Shown here: positions 1 through 12,200 of the stretch, in pieces
Position numbering within the stretch: the first letter of the stretch is position 1
Layout of the letters: the number at the start of each line of letters is the position of its first letter
Source: Macrostomum lignano
Lineage: Eukaryota
Direction of reading: 5' to 3'
Assembly (NCBI GenBank): GCA_002269645.1
Contig: NIVC01001590.1
Coordinates: 1 to 33,567 of the forward strand
DNA length: 33,567 bases
The notes under the pieces: generated by a model
What the model saw: the letters and a program-made list of their open reading frames with translations, nothing else
Database searches by the model: none
Told to the model about the DNA's origin: nothing
Position numbers and translations under genes: made by a program

Positions 1-1272
1 AGTGTTGTTAGAGATTGGTAGAGGGTAGGCAGAGATTGGTGTAGAGGTGGTAGATATTGGTGTAAGGATAGGCAGAGATTGGTGTAGAGGGTGGGTAGAG
101 ATTGGGTAGAGTGTGGGCAGAGATTGGGGTAGAGTGTGGGCATAGATTGGTAGAGTGTGGGCAGAGATTGGGTAGAGTGTGGCAGAGATTGGGTAGAGTG
201 TGGGCAGAGATTGGGTAGAGTGTGGGCATAGATTGGGTAAGTGTGGGCAGAGATTGGGTAGAGTGTGGCAGAGATTGGGTAGAGTGTAGGCAGAGATTGG
301 GTAGAGTGTGGAGAGATTGGGTAGAGTGGGCAGAGATTGGATAGAGTGTGGGCAGAGATTGGGGTAGAGTGTGGGCAGAGATTGGGTAGAGTGTGGGCAG
401 AGATTGGGTAGAGTGTGGGCAGAGATTGGGTAGAGCGTGGGCAGATGGTAGAGGTGGGCAGAGATTAGGGTAGAGTGTTGTTAGAATTGGGGTAGAGGGT
501 GGGCAGAGATTAGGGTAGAGTGTTGTTAGAGATTGGGGTAGAGGGTGGGCAGAGATTAGGGTAGAATGTTGTTAGAGATTGGTGTAGAGGTGGGCAGAGA
601 TTAGGGTAGAATGTTGTTAGATTGGTGTAGAGGTGGCAGAGATTAGGGTAGAATGTTGTTAGAGATTGGTGTAGAGGGTGGCAGAGATTAGGTAGAGTGT
701 GAGTAGAGATTGGGTAGAGTGTGGGCAGAGATTGGGTAGAGTGTGAGTAGAGATTAGGGTAGAGTGTGGGCAGAGATTGGGTAGAGTTGGGCAGAGATTG
801 GGGTAGAGGGTGGGCAGAGATTAGAGGGTAGAGTGTGGGCAGAGATTAGAGATTGGTGTAGAGGGTGGGCAGAGTGTTGTTAGAGATTGGTATAGAGGGG
901 GGTAGATATTGGTGTAGAGGGTAGGCAGAGATTGGTGTAGAGGGTGGGTAGATATTGGTGTAGAGGATAGGCAGAGATTGGGGTAGAGTGTGGACAGAGA
1001 TTGGGGTAGAGTGTGAGTAGACATTGGGGTAGAGTTGTGGGTAGAGATTGGGTAGAGTGTGGGCAGAGATTGGGTAGAGTGTGGGCAGAGATTGGGTAGA
1101 GTGTGGGCAGAGATTGGGGTAGAGTGTGGGCAGAGATTGGGGTAGAGTGTGGGCAGAGATTGGGGTAGAGTGTGGGCAGAGATTGTGGTAGAGTGTGGGC
1201 AGAGATTGGGGTAGAGTGTGGGCAGAGATTGGGGTAGAGTGTGGGCAGAGACTGATGTCGAGTGTGGGCAGA
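1..1272 (+). repeat. G-rich minisatellite, 22-23 bp unit (GGGTAGAGTGTGGGCAGAGATT[G]), degenerate, runs off the window start
   Basis: Unit read directly many times (e.g. 191-212, 1051-1250). The ORFs at 8-229, 821-1342 and 846-1292 are periodic translations of it (PHSTQSLPTLYP...). Confidence 0.95.
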
Positions 1273-2517
1273 GATTTGTACTCTGAAAGCATGAGATTCG
1301 GATAACTTGTGACCCTGGGACCCGGTGCCAGCGAACTACCAATTAAAATCAGTATCCACTAAGCGAGAGAAACTATATAGATAAAGAAAACAGGTCAAAG
1401 AAAACTAGTATTTAATAATTTGAACTATTCTTGAGGAAGTGAAAGTAATTGTAACTTCCACCGATAGGATTATTGGAGGACAGAGCCATCAGGCTCAGCA
1501 AATTCTGTGTGAAAAGCAGCAAGTTAAATTGCAATTTAGCTGTCTGTCAACATTCCAGCGCGAAGTTCCCGCCGGATTTGAAATGTTTACCCAGTCTTAT
1601 CCTTCTTTCCTTTGCAAACAAGCTTCTGGATTTTAACGGATCCAACAGCTACCAGAAGCTTACACCGCCTGACAGTGGATGTGTCAGGTGTAAATTTAAA
1701 CAAGATTAATGGATTTGCATTAAGTTCTATGTTTGCAAAGGCTTTCTACTTTATCCGAATATGCGCACAAACTAGGGCAAGCTCATAAAATGCTTTCTCA
1801 TCCCTTTCTCCTCCTGCAGGTCATGGTGTGCATGCATGTATACCTACCTTGTGCCTTTGTTGTTGGCCCTCATGGTGGGTCTCTTAGCGACGCCAAACTT
1901 TGCAAGTGAATCCAAAATTTATGTGCCTACGCGTAGATGCAGCCTTCTGAGTCACTCTTTAACAGGCCGCAGAGTGAAAGAGGAAGTACCGATCGGCCAG
2001 GATTTTCCAATACTGATCGTGAGGGTACATTAATTGCAGAAAAAGATTTTGACAGACAATGCAATTAACTGCCATAGCGACAATTTAGAGGGCAGGCTAC
2101 GATCAGGGCTAGAAGAACGGAGGATCTCTGCGATAACATGCGAGTGTATTTCAGGACTGCACCACCAACTTTGCGCGAAATGTTTTTTGTCTCACTATGA
2201 CAGCAAAGGCGCAATAAGAATAAGATCGAACACAAATAACAATTCGGAGCAAGCAGGGCAGCTATCACCTGCGTAAGAAATTGACAACATGCCAAAGTAG
2301 AGAAAAAAATCAATTGAATGCAGACTAACTTTGGTAATTTTACAAGGCGATTCGTTATTTCATTGTAGAAGTAAACATACAGAAGGTATATTGTACTCGT
2401 AATTTGTTGGGTATAGTGTCTCAAGAGTCGAGATTAACAGATCGAAATTTATTTATTACTTAATATCAAAGAAGTACACAGCAATCATGTCTCTACTCAT
2501 AGCTGCATGGTTGATGT

Positions 2518-4545
2518 TCAGGTGAGCATGAGAATCTCTAGCTGCTTGAAGCTGTAGTACCATCCGTCAGTGATGTTTGTCGGGGCATTGTAAGCCCAAA
2601 CGATGCCCTTGGCCCGGTCTGCAGCTAGCGCTGTCGGGTAGTTGAAGTACTTGCCGAACGGACCGGAGTTGTGGCAGCAATTGTGCCAGTGAGGCTGCTG
2701 GTAGGTAATCGCACAGTTTGCGCATCTGCTCGATCCGCGATCTCGGGTCATGAACTGCAGGTTTGATCCTCTAAGCAGGCAGTCTCCAAGGCCTCCAGCC
2801 GGTACGTAGGTGTAAGCAGAAAACGTGTAGTTGGTGCTCTCGGCCAGAATGAGCACATTCAGGTAGTAGGCGTAGATGTAGGTGTCGTTCCAGTACAGCA
2901 GGTCAACGCGCAACCGGTTGTTGCTGGGCTGAGCGCTGGTCCGGTTGTGCAGCCATTCCAGGCCTGGTGTTGTGAAATTCGCACGTAATGAAATGCGACG
3001 ATCGAGCCGTTTGACTCGGCATTCAATTCAAGGAGTTACTGGAACAGGGGGCCCCTTTTGCCAGCCCTATAGAAGGCACAAGCGGCAATTTCTGCAACTA
3101 CGAGCATATAGAAAAGAAAATATTTCATGAGCCAAATTAGGTTCTGTGGTTCTGTGGTTCGACCGAAGAACGCTAAGGCTTGGGTTGGTTGCCAGGACTC
3201 CTATTTGTTACTTTTAGTTTGTCGACGATATACAGTGGTTTATGACATCAAGTATTAACATGTAAAATATAAAGTTCCGCCTCACCAGCAAAGTAGTTGC
3301 CATGGTAAGTGCCGAAGCCGGTCTTGTACTCGGCCCAGAGCCGGTCGAAGCTCAGCTCGTCCGACACTCGCAGATTGACGGTCTCAAAGCACTGTTGAGT
3401 GCTCACAGTGTAGAACTCCTGTGTTTGGAAATTGATGAGCAATAAAGAGAAGTGTCTACAGTGATAGCACAGATCCAGCACTGCTTTTCCAACACTCACA
3501 TAGACATCCAGCGCAGAGTTCCCCGGGGGCTGCTCGAACCAGCGGCACAGCGGGTAGTCGGTGAGCAGAGAGCAGTTGCTGGAGTTGAACACAATCCCGC
3601 GACAGGCCGGTACCTCGCTGCACTTGTCAACGCAGCCAATGAGCGATGAGACGGTCGGCTGGTGCTGAAGGAAGGCGGCGAAGATCTTCACCGAGTTGTT
3701 GGGTATGTTGACCCGATTCAGAGTCACGTTCTTAGAAGCCAGGTACTCTGTGAAAGATGGTTATTTGGGATTAAAAATGATGCGCATTAAGGTGATAATA
3801 GCTTGACTACAGGTAAAGACTAGGTTTTCATCGCAAAACTCACTGAGTAGGCGCCCGGCGTCGGAGCCTCTGAGCATCTGCTGCTCAAAGTCGTAAGCCT
3901 TCCAGATTTGCACACCATCCTCAAGCCGAATCTCCCTGGCAACAAAGCTGCCGTTGCTCAAGCTCGGCTCGCTCGCATGGTTGATGACGATAATCTGACA
4001 TTCGGGGATCGCGGTTTCCTTAACGATTGCGACGGCGCATGACGTTGCCCAGCACTTCCACAGACAGTGAACATTTGATCGAAGGCCCGTTTCGTTGAGC
4101 ACTTTGCTGCTCACGTAGCTGCGGATGTCGATGAAGCCGCTGGTCACCCGATGATAGGAGCCTCCGGTGACGGCGCTGGTGTCTTTGGCGGAGATCACAG
4201 CTGAAGGAGGTGTCAGCGAGTAGTGATTGCGGAGCATTTTGCTGCATAGCAGCGAGTCTCTCCCTCAATAGGAGGCATCATTTTCATGCAGACTCACCCG
4301 TGAGCAGCTGGCACAGAAGCAGCTGCAGCGGCTGGGACCACTTGGCTGTCAGCTTCATTGCTAGCAGGAGTTGCTGGGCAGATTTTGCAGTCAGCGATCG
4401 GCTTTGCTAATGCAAGATGATCCGCAATGGAGCTCAGCTCCTGATGGGGCTCCTGAAATATGGGATTCCGCCGCTCCCATAGAGCTGATAAATATCCGGT
4501 TGCCAAGCGCATGACAGACCGCCCCTCCACGATCTCTTTCTCCAC
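2518..4545 (-). CDS. Fibrinogen-related protein with two N-terminal PAN/apple-like Cys modules (multi-exon; true start codon unresolved)
   Basis: Exons join in phase at GT-AG sites: ~4545-4298, 4241-3844, 3747-3500, 3418-3286, 2963-2518. FReD motifs: SFDRLWAEYKTGFG...NYFAG|GLEWLH...RLRVDL, FMTRDR...NCA...WHNCCHNS, GIVW, YYSFKQLE. PAN-like: HCLWKCWATSCAVA...ECQI and GCVDKCSEVPACRGIVFNSSNCSL. Confidence 0.8.
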
Positions 4546-5835
4546 TGTACACGGCGCTCCACAGTGTCCAGTTGAGGTGCAGTGGCGCGGTACCCATCAT
4601 GGTTCTTTGATTGGGCCGGTGATGGCTGTCTGACCTAGGGTAGTCTTCCTACATGTATCTGTTTAACAACTGCTGTGCGCTCACGTCGAGTCTGTTTTGT
4701 CTTTCTTTTTTCCTCTTCTCCCTTCCAACCCCCGCCTTTTTTCAATTTCTATTAGTTTGGAATATTTTCAGCTGAAGTTGATTAAGCTTATGTAGCTTCA
4801 TAGGGCTTGACATCTTAGAAAGCCCCCCCATAAGGCTAGACAATTTATATTAGCGATTCCCTCAGAAATTTTTACTTCACGGGGCCTCCGTTGCAACTTG
4901 CACCGCAGGCAACAGAGATAAACTGAGTGAACGGTCCGGTGGGAGCGAGGCCATGGGTACCATGCATTGCATTCGGCAAGAACTACTTAAGTAGAAGCAC
5001 GAGAAACTATGTAGGTTTTTTTCGAAAAAAAACATTCGGAGATAAAAAGTTTTTCATTTTTCAGCACAAAAATGAGTTATTGCTTTTGATAAGGAGGCCA
5101 TACCCAAAGTTCATCTTTTTTATATGTTTTGCCTTTCCTTTAGCTCCATTGATAGCTCCATTAGACAACACAGTCCCAAATTCTTTAAGGTTTTATAAAG
5201 TGCAGAAAAGCCTTTTTACGTGCTTCGCTAAAAATATTCGCAGGAAAATTCTTTCGAAACGTTTTATTTATGTGTTTAACTACGCTAATTTTATAAGAAC
5301 TTGTACTACTTTTAAATCCATGTCCCATTGTTGCACGTCACGGAATCAATTAAAGAAGGCGTCAATGAAATCCACTAACTATAAAGCCGGTGCTTCTACT
5401 GACCCAATATATGAAGAATAGACCGATTTCAGTGATTTGCGGTTCTCAGTCTCAGAGCATAGGCGGATCTTTAAAGTTTGTAAATTTTGAAAAATAATTT
5501 AATGCAGCAAACTAGGATTGGAGATTGCTGCTACTTTTGCTGATAGGTCTACTTACTCTACTAGGCTACTAGTCTATTTGACTTGTGATTTTTGGCAGAC
5601 GACTGACTAGTCAGAGTGTAGGTGTAGCTAGCACTAGCCACTAGCAGGCCTACATGAAGATGAAGTAGGCCCTTGCCCTAGAGTCCTAGAGACATTAGAT
5701 GTTAAAATGTTGAGATGTTAAGATGTTAACTGTTAAGCCAATTTTATTATAAATAAAAGGATGAAAGGCTTATTGATAGGTTGTGGCTCTTAGAACTTGA
5801 AGTTCTTATTATTTATTAAGGATAGGTGGTAGGCC

Positions 5836-6110
5836 TAGGGGCATAGCGAGGGGGGTATTGGTATATCGGCTGATACCCCCAAATTTCCAAAGCAACATTT
5901 TTTTCCTTTTTTCAGTTGCAATTGTGACCATTAAGGAAGAGAAAGGTATCCAAATCGAAAGAATAACAATTAACAAACAAATAGAGTAATTATATGTATT
6001 ATGCACTAGAAATACATTATTAAGGGGATATGTGGATCTCAAGCCCTTGCTTTCTGATAATAGCTAACCAATACTGAATACCCCCAAAAAAAATCCTGGC
6101 TACATCCCTG
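5836..6110. mobile_element. Non-autonomous TIR element (MITE), hAT-like, 275 bp
   Basis: 8-bp direct repeat GGTAGGCC at 5828-5835 and 6111-6118. Imperfect TIRs TAGGGGCATAGCGAGG and (reverse complement of the right end) CAGGGATGTAGCCAGG. An 8-bp TSD with YAG termini is typical of hAT. Confidence 0.75.
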
Positions 6111-6147
6111 GGTAGGCCTACTATGCTATCTAGGACCTATAGTCTAG

Positions 6148-6313
6148 CAGGGGTATAGGGAGGGTAGGATAAGGGGGGTGTATCCCCCTAAAGAGCCTGA
6201 CACAACTTTTTTGTTGCCCTTTGTTGCTATACATGCTACCATGTGACTCTGTCATAGCACTTTTACCTTGGTGTATCCCCCATAGGAAATTCCTAGGCCT
6301 AGCTATACCCCTG
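6148..6313. mobile_element. Second hAT-like MITE, 166 bp
   Basis: 8-bp direct repeat TAGTCTAG at 6140-6147 and 6314-6321. TIRs CAGGGGTATAG at both ends. Confidence 0.75.
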
Positions 6314-6894
6314 TAGTCTAGATCATGTTGAATGTATGCCAGAATGCTCTGAACCAATGCATGCCAGTACCAAGAAAATATATGCCAATGCCAGCTTACT
6401 TTTTAGCAGTTGCAAAACAAATGCCTTTTTTGGTTCTAACTATAAAGGACCTTTTTTGATAGGCCCCCTAGTTGCACATGTGCAAAACAAACAAATATAT
6501 ATTAAAAAAATATAACTTTTTATGTTAAAAAATTGCACTTCTGAAAAAACTAAGCTTTCAAGTATTTTATAATTGTTTTAGCATGACAATAGGGCCTATA
6601 CTAGGCCTATGTTTCTTTTTTGGCACATTAAAATTTATTTGTCATTTTTCAATAAAAATAATTATAGTTTTTTTCTTTATCAAACCATGTCTTTTAACAA
6701 ACTTTTATCTCAACAAAACATGCCCCATCATCATGCCACGCCACATTTTACAATATTAAATCAAGCTATTCTATACCATAGCACACCAATATATTGAATA
6801 TAAATCTTTGGTATATAATATCCAAAAACACAGTAATAGCAGTACATGATACAATTTTTAGGCCAAACCAAATACATGCCATAATTTTCTGGCA

Positions 6895-7903
6895 TGATGT
6901 ATACCTTCTAAAGTAAGTATGGCCGAGGACCTTAGGTAGGGACATAAGGTCTAATATGGCTAATTATATTGAATTGACCTATAGCTATATTTAATGTTAT
7001 TGGTAAACAACAAATTAGCTACTATCACATTAAGTAGGTCTTAGCTTAGGTCTAAATGGCTAAATTAAGTCTAGACTCTAGTCTAAGTATATAAATACTT
7101 TGTTTTACCTAGCTAGTCATTTAACAAGTTATTGCTTAAAAGGCATATGCAGCATATAGCCATAGATACATAGCTTAAGCTTAAGTGCATTGGATGCATA
7201 TCCATTAAATTAAAAATGAATTGGCTTAATACTAATTGCACTATACCATGTTGCACCTTTCTGCATTTGTATCTCTTTTTAGCTTGCTAGTGTACTAGGG
7301 GTTAGGCCTAGTCCTCTGTCTTTATGAATTATCCTAAAGCTGTTACTAAGTTATACTAGGGATATACTTCTTTCTATATTAAATTTTCTAATGCTAGTAG
7401 CTGCCATCAAGACTATTCTAATAATAAATTATAAGTTTATTAATCTTAGAATAAGTCTGAATATTTATTTATGAATTATTCTTTGAGTACTATTTAACCC
7501 TCACAAGTATTGTTCTTTTGTTATTCTGGTAGCATTTATGGTTAGTTTGGTAGTGTTCTAGTAATTTGGCCTAAGCAGTATATTGGTTTACTAGTATATG
7601 TATTGTATGTATTTCCAATCCTGGGTGTTATCAAGATCAGAGGACAGCCTCCAGTTATTCTTGTATGTATCAATTTAGGATCTACTTTGTTTCAATCTAC
7701 TACTTTACCTTGCAGTAGTATATACTGTATATAGTTCAGTCTATTTCACTCTACTCTGCAAATAATTAACTTGAAAAACACTTCTTGAATATTTCTTGAA
7801 AACCTACTATAATACACTCACTATTAATGCTTGCTTTGAGACTTGAGTCCGCAAACCAAGTTGCCTTTTCTGGCTCCAAAAACTTGTCTATTTATACTAG
7901 CTT
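6895..7903 (-). pseudogene. Possible spliced gene relic degraded by CpG decay; product unidentified
   Basis: On the minus strand, successive exon-like blocks join in phase through short GT-AG introns (GTGAGT...TTTGCAG, GTAAAG...CCCAG, GTGAGG...ATTAG). They give EQSKLV*IDKFLEPEKATWFADSSLKASIN|K*SEID*TIYS...|DWKY...|LIVLMAATS... with scattered stops. No family was recognised. Confidence 0.3.
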
Positions 7904-9222
7904 TGATTGTTCTTTAAAACAAAAATAAATTGGGGAAATTCTGAAAATACAAATAGTAAAACAAAAGTTTTTCTTAGTTTTGTGCAAGTTTGAAATGCAT
8001 ATGAATAGATGATTTTGTAAATAAAACTAGAGGGGCCTTTTACACTAGGCTTTTGCCAAGCCATGTTATAATATATTATACCTAGGCTTATCTATCTGTT
8101 TTTTTCTAATTAATTACAAATTAGTTAGATTAATGCTAATAGATTAATTAATAATAGTATAACTATAAAGACTTCACTTTCTGAGCTTAAGTTGATATAA
8201 TAGTCCCAATTATTCCCTTGCTTATTTTCACTTATTCCAAGTCCAACTTTTGTCACTTTTGCCAAACCTAGCTTCACTGTGAGCAGAATAACATTATTTG
8301 TATACATAGGACCAAAACATAACTAGCTAGAAATTTTATATCTATATTATCTAGCTTGGCTTATATCTTTTATAATACATGTAGATAGGCATATGCAAGC
8401 TATAATGTAGCTATAGCTAATTGTGAATATTTTGTTAAATAAGTATTATATGTATATTCTTTTCATTCTGACAGAGTTCACAAACTAATTTTTTATGACT
8501 TAATGTATTTAAGAAAGGATGTTAATCTTGCTTCTATAAGCCATCCAAAAATCCCCTAAGATCTAAGCAGAAATTATAATACCCAATCCTAGCCCTAGGC
8601 AAAAATCTTTATGTTCTTCTAGTTTAAAATTCAAATCCAAGTTTTTTCTTTTCTTTTATAATTTTATATCAAGCTTTTTTGGACATTAAATTTTTTAACA
8701 TAAGATAAAAAAAATTTTCTACCTTGAATATTGCTAATGGAAAGTTACAAATATAGAGGTTTTTTCAGACAAAACATATGGATGTATATATGTTTATATT
8801 GCCTATATCTAGTGAAATTGGCCACTCGACAATTGGGACCAAAGAGATTAAAAATATCATTAAAGCCCTTGATTTAAAAAGTGAGAAAGGAGTATAACAG
8901 TTGAAATGAATAAATGTTTCAGTTTTAAAGCTTTTGAAGGGAACTCTAAGTTTTCAGGGTTAGAGATTCAAACAATAGATATTTTGTACTCCATATGCAA
9001 TGTGTGGTGAATTTTGTTGACATAGTATCTATTTGATAATTGTTTAATTTGTCAAAATAGATTTAGGTTGTCCTAAATATTTTTTCATTTTATTTTTTGA
9101 CAAGTTCTTGTTTATGCTCTGTTTAAACTCACAGTTTTATAAAGTGACGCTTGAAGAGTGACTAAATCAATTTTCAATAGTTATATATAGTTTACAACTT
9201 CTATTATTGATGCACTGACATC

Positions 9223-12200
9223 ATGACACCAAAGCTGGAAGACATGGACTATGTCCGCTTTACCTCCGTAAGATTTAGAGGCAAGTCATATGAAGAAACT
9301 ATTTTGCAGCTAAAATCAGCACTAGAGGAGGTAATTAAAGTTTTATTTATTTAAGAAACATTTATTAATCGCTTAAAACTTTTAATAGAATGTCTATTCT
9401 GTATAACTGCACCTCATTATTAGGAATACAAATCAAAAGGTGCAACATCGGTGTCTCCAAGAATTTTTCTTCACAAAAGTTTGCCAGATGCGATAATTAT
9501 AGAAAATATCCTGGTCGCGGAAAAAAGTGTATGTTATTTCTTTTTTTGAAGAGTTTTATGCTCACTGCCATGCCATCCTTCCAGATCCCCAATTGCTGGG
9601 CCAGCCTCCCAGATCCCCAATTGCTGGGCCAGCCTCCCAGATCCTCAGTTACTAAGCCAGCCTCCCAGAGTGTCAGTTGCTGGGCCAGCCTCCCAGATCC
9701 TCACTTGCTGGGCCAGCCTTCCAGAGTGTCAGTTGCTGGGCCAGCTTCCCAGAGTGTTGGTTTCTGGGCCAGCCTCCCACATCCTCAGCTGCTGGGCCAC
9801 TAGCCTCCCAAATCTTCAGTTGCTGGGCCAGCCTCCCAGATCCTCAGTTGCTGGGCCAGCCTCCCAGATCCTCAGTTGCTGTGCCAGCATCCTAGATCCT
9901 CAGTTGCTGGGCCAGCCTCCCAGATCCTCAGTTGCTAAGCCAGCCTCCCAGATCCTCAGTTGCTAGGCCAGCCTCCCAGATCCTCAGTTACTAGACCAGC
10001 CTCTTAAAAATGCACTTTTGCGCGCGTTTTCCATTTCAGCTATCTCAGACGTACCCCCGCTTGTACGTTGATCCTCTGTGCGGAGTCGCGGTTCTTCGCG
10101 GATCCGATATTTTTGCCGGCGGAGTGATTGGGATTGAGCCAGGTTCGAATTCTGTTCCATGATGAGGCAGTGTTGGCATACATTTTAATACAATTTGTTT
10201 TGTATTCATTTACTGACAATAATTCTGATCTCCAGGTGCCAGCAAAGACTGCCCAGTGTCTGTCTACGCCTGTTTAGAAAAATTCAATGCAGGGTTCACT
10301 AAAGCCTACACAGGAGCTACTAGATTTCTTGGCAATGGACTCCTGGTGATGGAGCGGAAGCAGCTGCTTGGAGATATTCATGCGAATAGGTTTGGAATTG
10401 ATTCTTTTATTTTTATTGAATGCATTAAATGTAAATTTTATAGCTGCTTCTTTCATAAATTCATATAATTAAACTGACTTTCGATATTCTAGGTGGTAGA
10501 TTGGTTTCTCAGGTAGATACCTATAGTAGAGATTTAGGTAGATACTAGTACTTGATATTGGAGTAGATTGTTGTGGTAGATATTGGTAGATTGTAGTGAG
10601 ATATTTGTATATTGGTAGTAGGTAGTGGTAGGTATGGGGTAGATTAGTAGTGAATATATTGGGGTGTATTGTGGGGTATTGGTAGTAGGGGTAGATTGTA
10701 ATGGTAGTAGTTTTGGGGTAGATTTGGTAGTTTTAGTATATTGGAGTAGGTAGTGGTAGGGGTAGTATTGGGTAGATTGTAGTTAGTAGGTAGGAGTAGA
10801 GTAGATAGGTTAGTGGTTTTAGTGGTAGGTATTGGGTAGATTGTAGGTATTGGAGTAGAATGTAGTGGTAGGTTTGTAGTGTAGTAGTGGTAGGTATTGG
10901 GGTATTGCATTTTAGTGGTAGGTATTAGGTGGTAGGTATTGTAGTTGTAGGTATTGGAGTATTGGAGTAGTAGTGGTAGGTATTGGGGTAGATTGTAGTG
11001 GTAGGTTTCGGGGTAGCCTGTAGTATAGTTTTTAGGGTAGATATTTTGTAGACTGTAGTGGTAGATTCTTTTGTTTAGATTGTAACACTGCATTGATGTG
11101 TATTTGGCGATAGTTAAAGGGGCATTGTTAATCTTCTTAATGTTCCCGCAGTGGTGTAGCGGTCCGCATGACGCAACCCTTAGTCGTGTGTCCCAGCTTT
11201 CAGTCCTGCCTGTTCCAGTCCGGCAATCTGGTTGCCCAGAATCTGCCTTCGTTGGTGTGCGCTCGAGTATTGGACGCGCAGCCTGGGCAGACAGTGCTAG
11301 ACATGTGCTGTGCTCCCGGCGGAAAATGTCTGCACCTGGCTGACCTTATGCAGATGCAGGTTTGTAGTTATAAGCTGTATAGGTTGAGTGCCATACTTCA
11401 TTCATTATCAGTGAATTTATATACTTATTTATTTATTTTATTGGTCCCTAGTTGTTGGGCCACCAGCCTTCCAGAGTGTCAGTTGCTGGGCCAGCCTCCC
11501 AGATCTTCAGTTGCTGTGTCGCCAGCCTCCCAGATCTTCAGTTGCTGTGTCGCCAGCCTCCCAGATCCTCAGTTGCTGTACCAGCCTCCCAGATCTTCAG
11601 TTGCTGTGCCAGCCTCCCAGATCCTCAGTTGCTGTGCCAGCCTCCCAGATCCTCAGTTGCTGGGCCAGCCTCCCAGATCCTCAGTTGCTGTGCCAGCCTC
11701 CCAGATCCTCAGTTGCTGGGCCAGCCTCCCAGATCCTCAGCTGCTGGGACAGCCTCCCAGATCCTCAGTTGCTGGGCCAGCCTCCCAGATCCTCAGTTGC
11801 TGGGCCACCAGCCTCCCAGATCCTCAGTTGCTGGGCCACCAGCCTCCCAGATCCCCAGTTGCTGGGCCACCAGCCCCCCAGATCCCCAGTTGCTGTGCCA
11901 CCGCCACTTGCCCAATTTAGCCCAGTCTTCTGTGAGCTAACAGAATCCTGATCTCCTACAGGGCACTCTAATCGCCATTGACAAGTCTGCCAAGCGGTTA
12001 AACACAGTTGCTGAACAAGCTGTCAAATTGGTTATTGACACCGAAAATTTTCTTCGAATTCATTGTTTTGATGCTTGTCGACTGTGCGATGATAACGGAA
12101 CAGGTCTGTGTTTGGCTTTTAAATATTGATTTAGATTTTCATGTCCAAGCTGTGTGCTACTGTCAGTAGCAATATTAGCAGATGAAAATTTACTATCATT

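Larger units (their letters stand above)
5480..9220. other. CpG-depleted, CTAG/TpA-rich island
   Basis: Manual scan finds only about ten CG dinucleotides in ~3.7 kb while GC and GGCC are common. Flanks (4860-5460) and the AT-rich 15.9-17.6 kb intergenic region keep many CGs. Confidence 0.8.

Noticed and set aside
8-1342. Pro/His/Thr-rich ORFs on the minus strand
   Set aside because: Stop-free reading of a C/A-rich repeat strand; no independent coding evidence.
1430-2430. Short ORFs and splice-like sites on both strands (e.g. + 2041-2272 between TTGCAG and GTAAGA)
   Set aside because: Possibly exons of an unidentified gene, but no consistent model or recognisable motif could be built.
4927-5421. 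164-aa plus-strand ORF
   Set aside because: F/K-rich AT-driven composition with no motif; likely a chance ORF or repeat remnant.
8125-8307. VKLGLAK resembling the kinase DFG region
   Set aside because: Lacks DFG and all other kinase motifs, and lies in degraded AT-rich DNA.
9575-11905. Idea that the intronic hairpin repeats are NSUN6's own CUCCA substrate motif (autoregulation)
   Set aside because: The unit contains CTCCCAG, not CTCCA, and it lies in the stem rather than the loop; there is no direct support.
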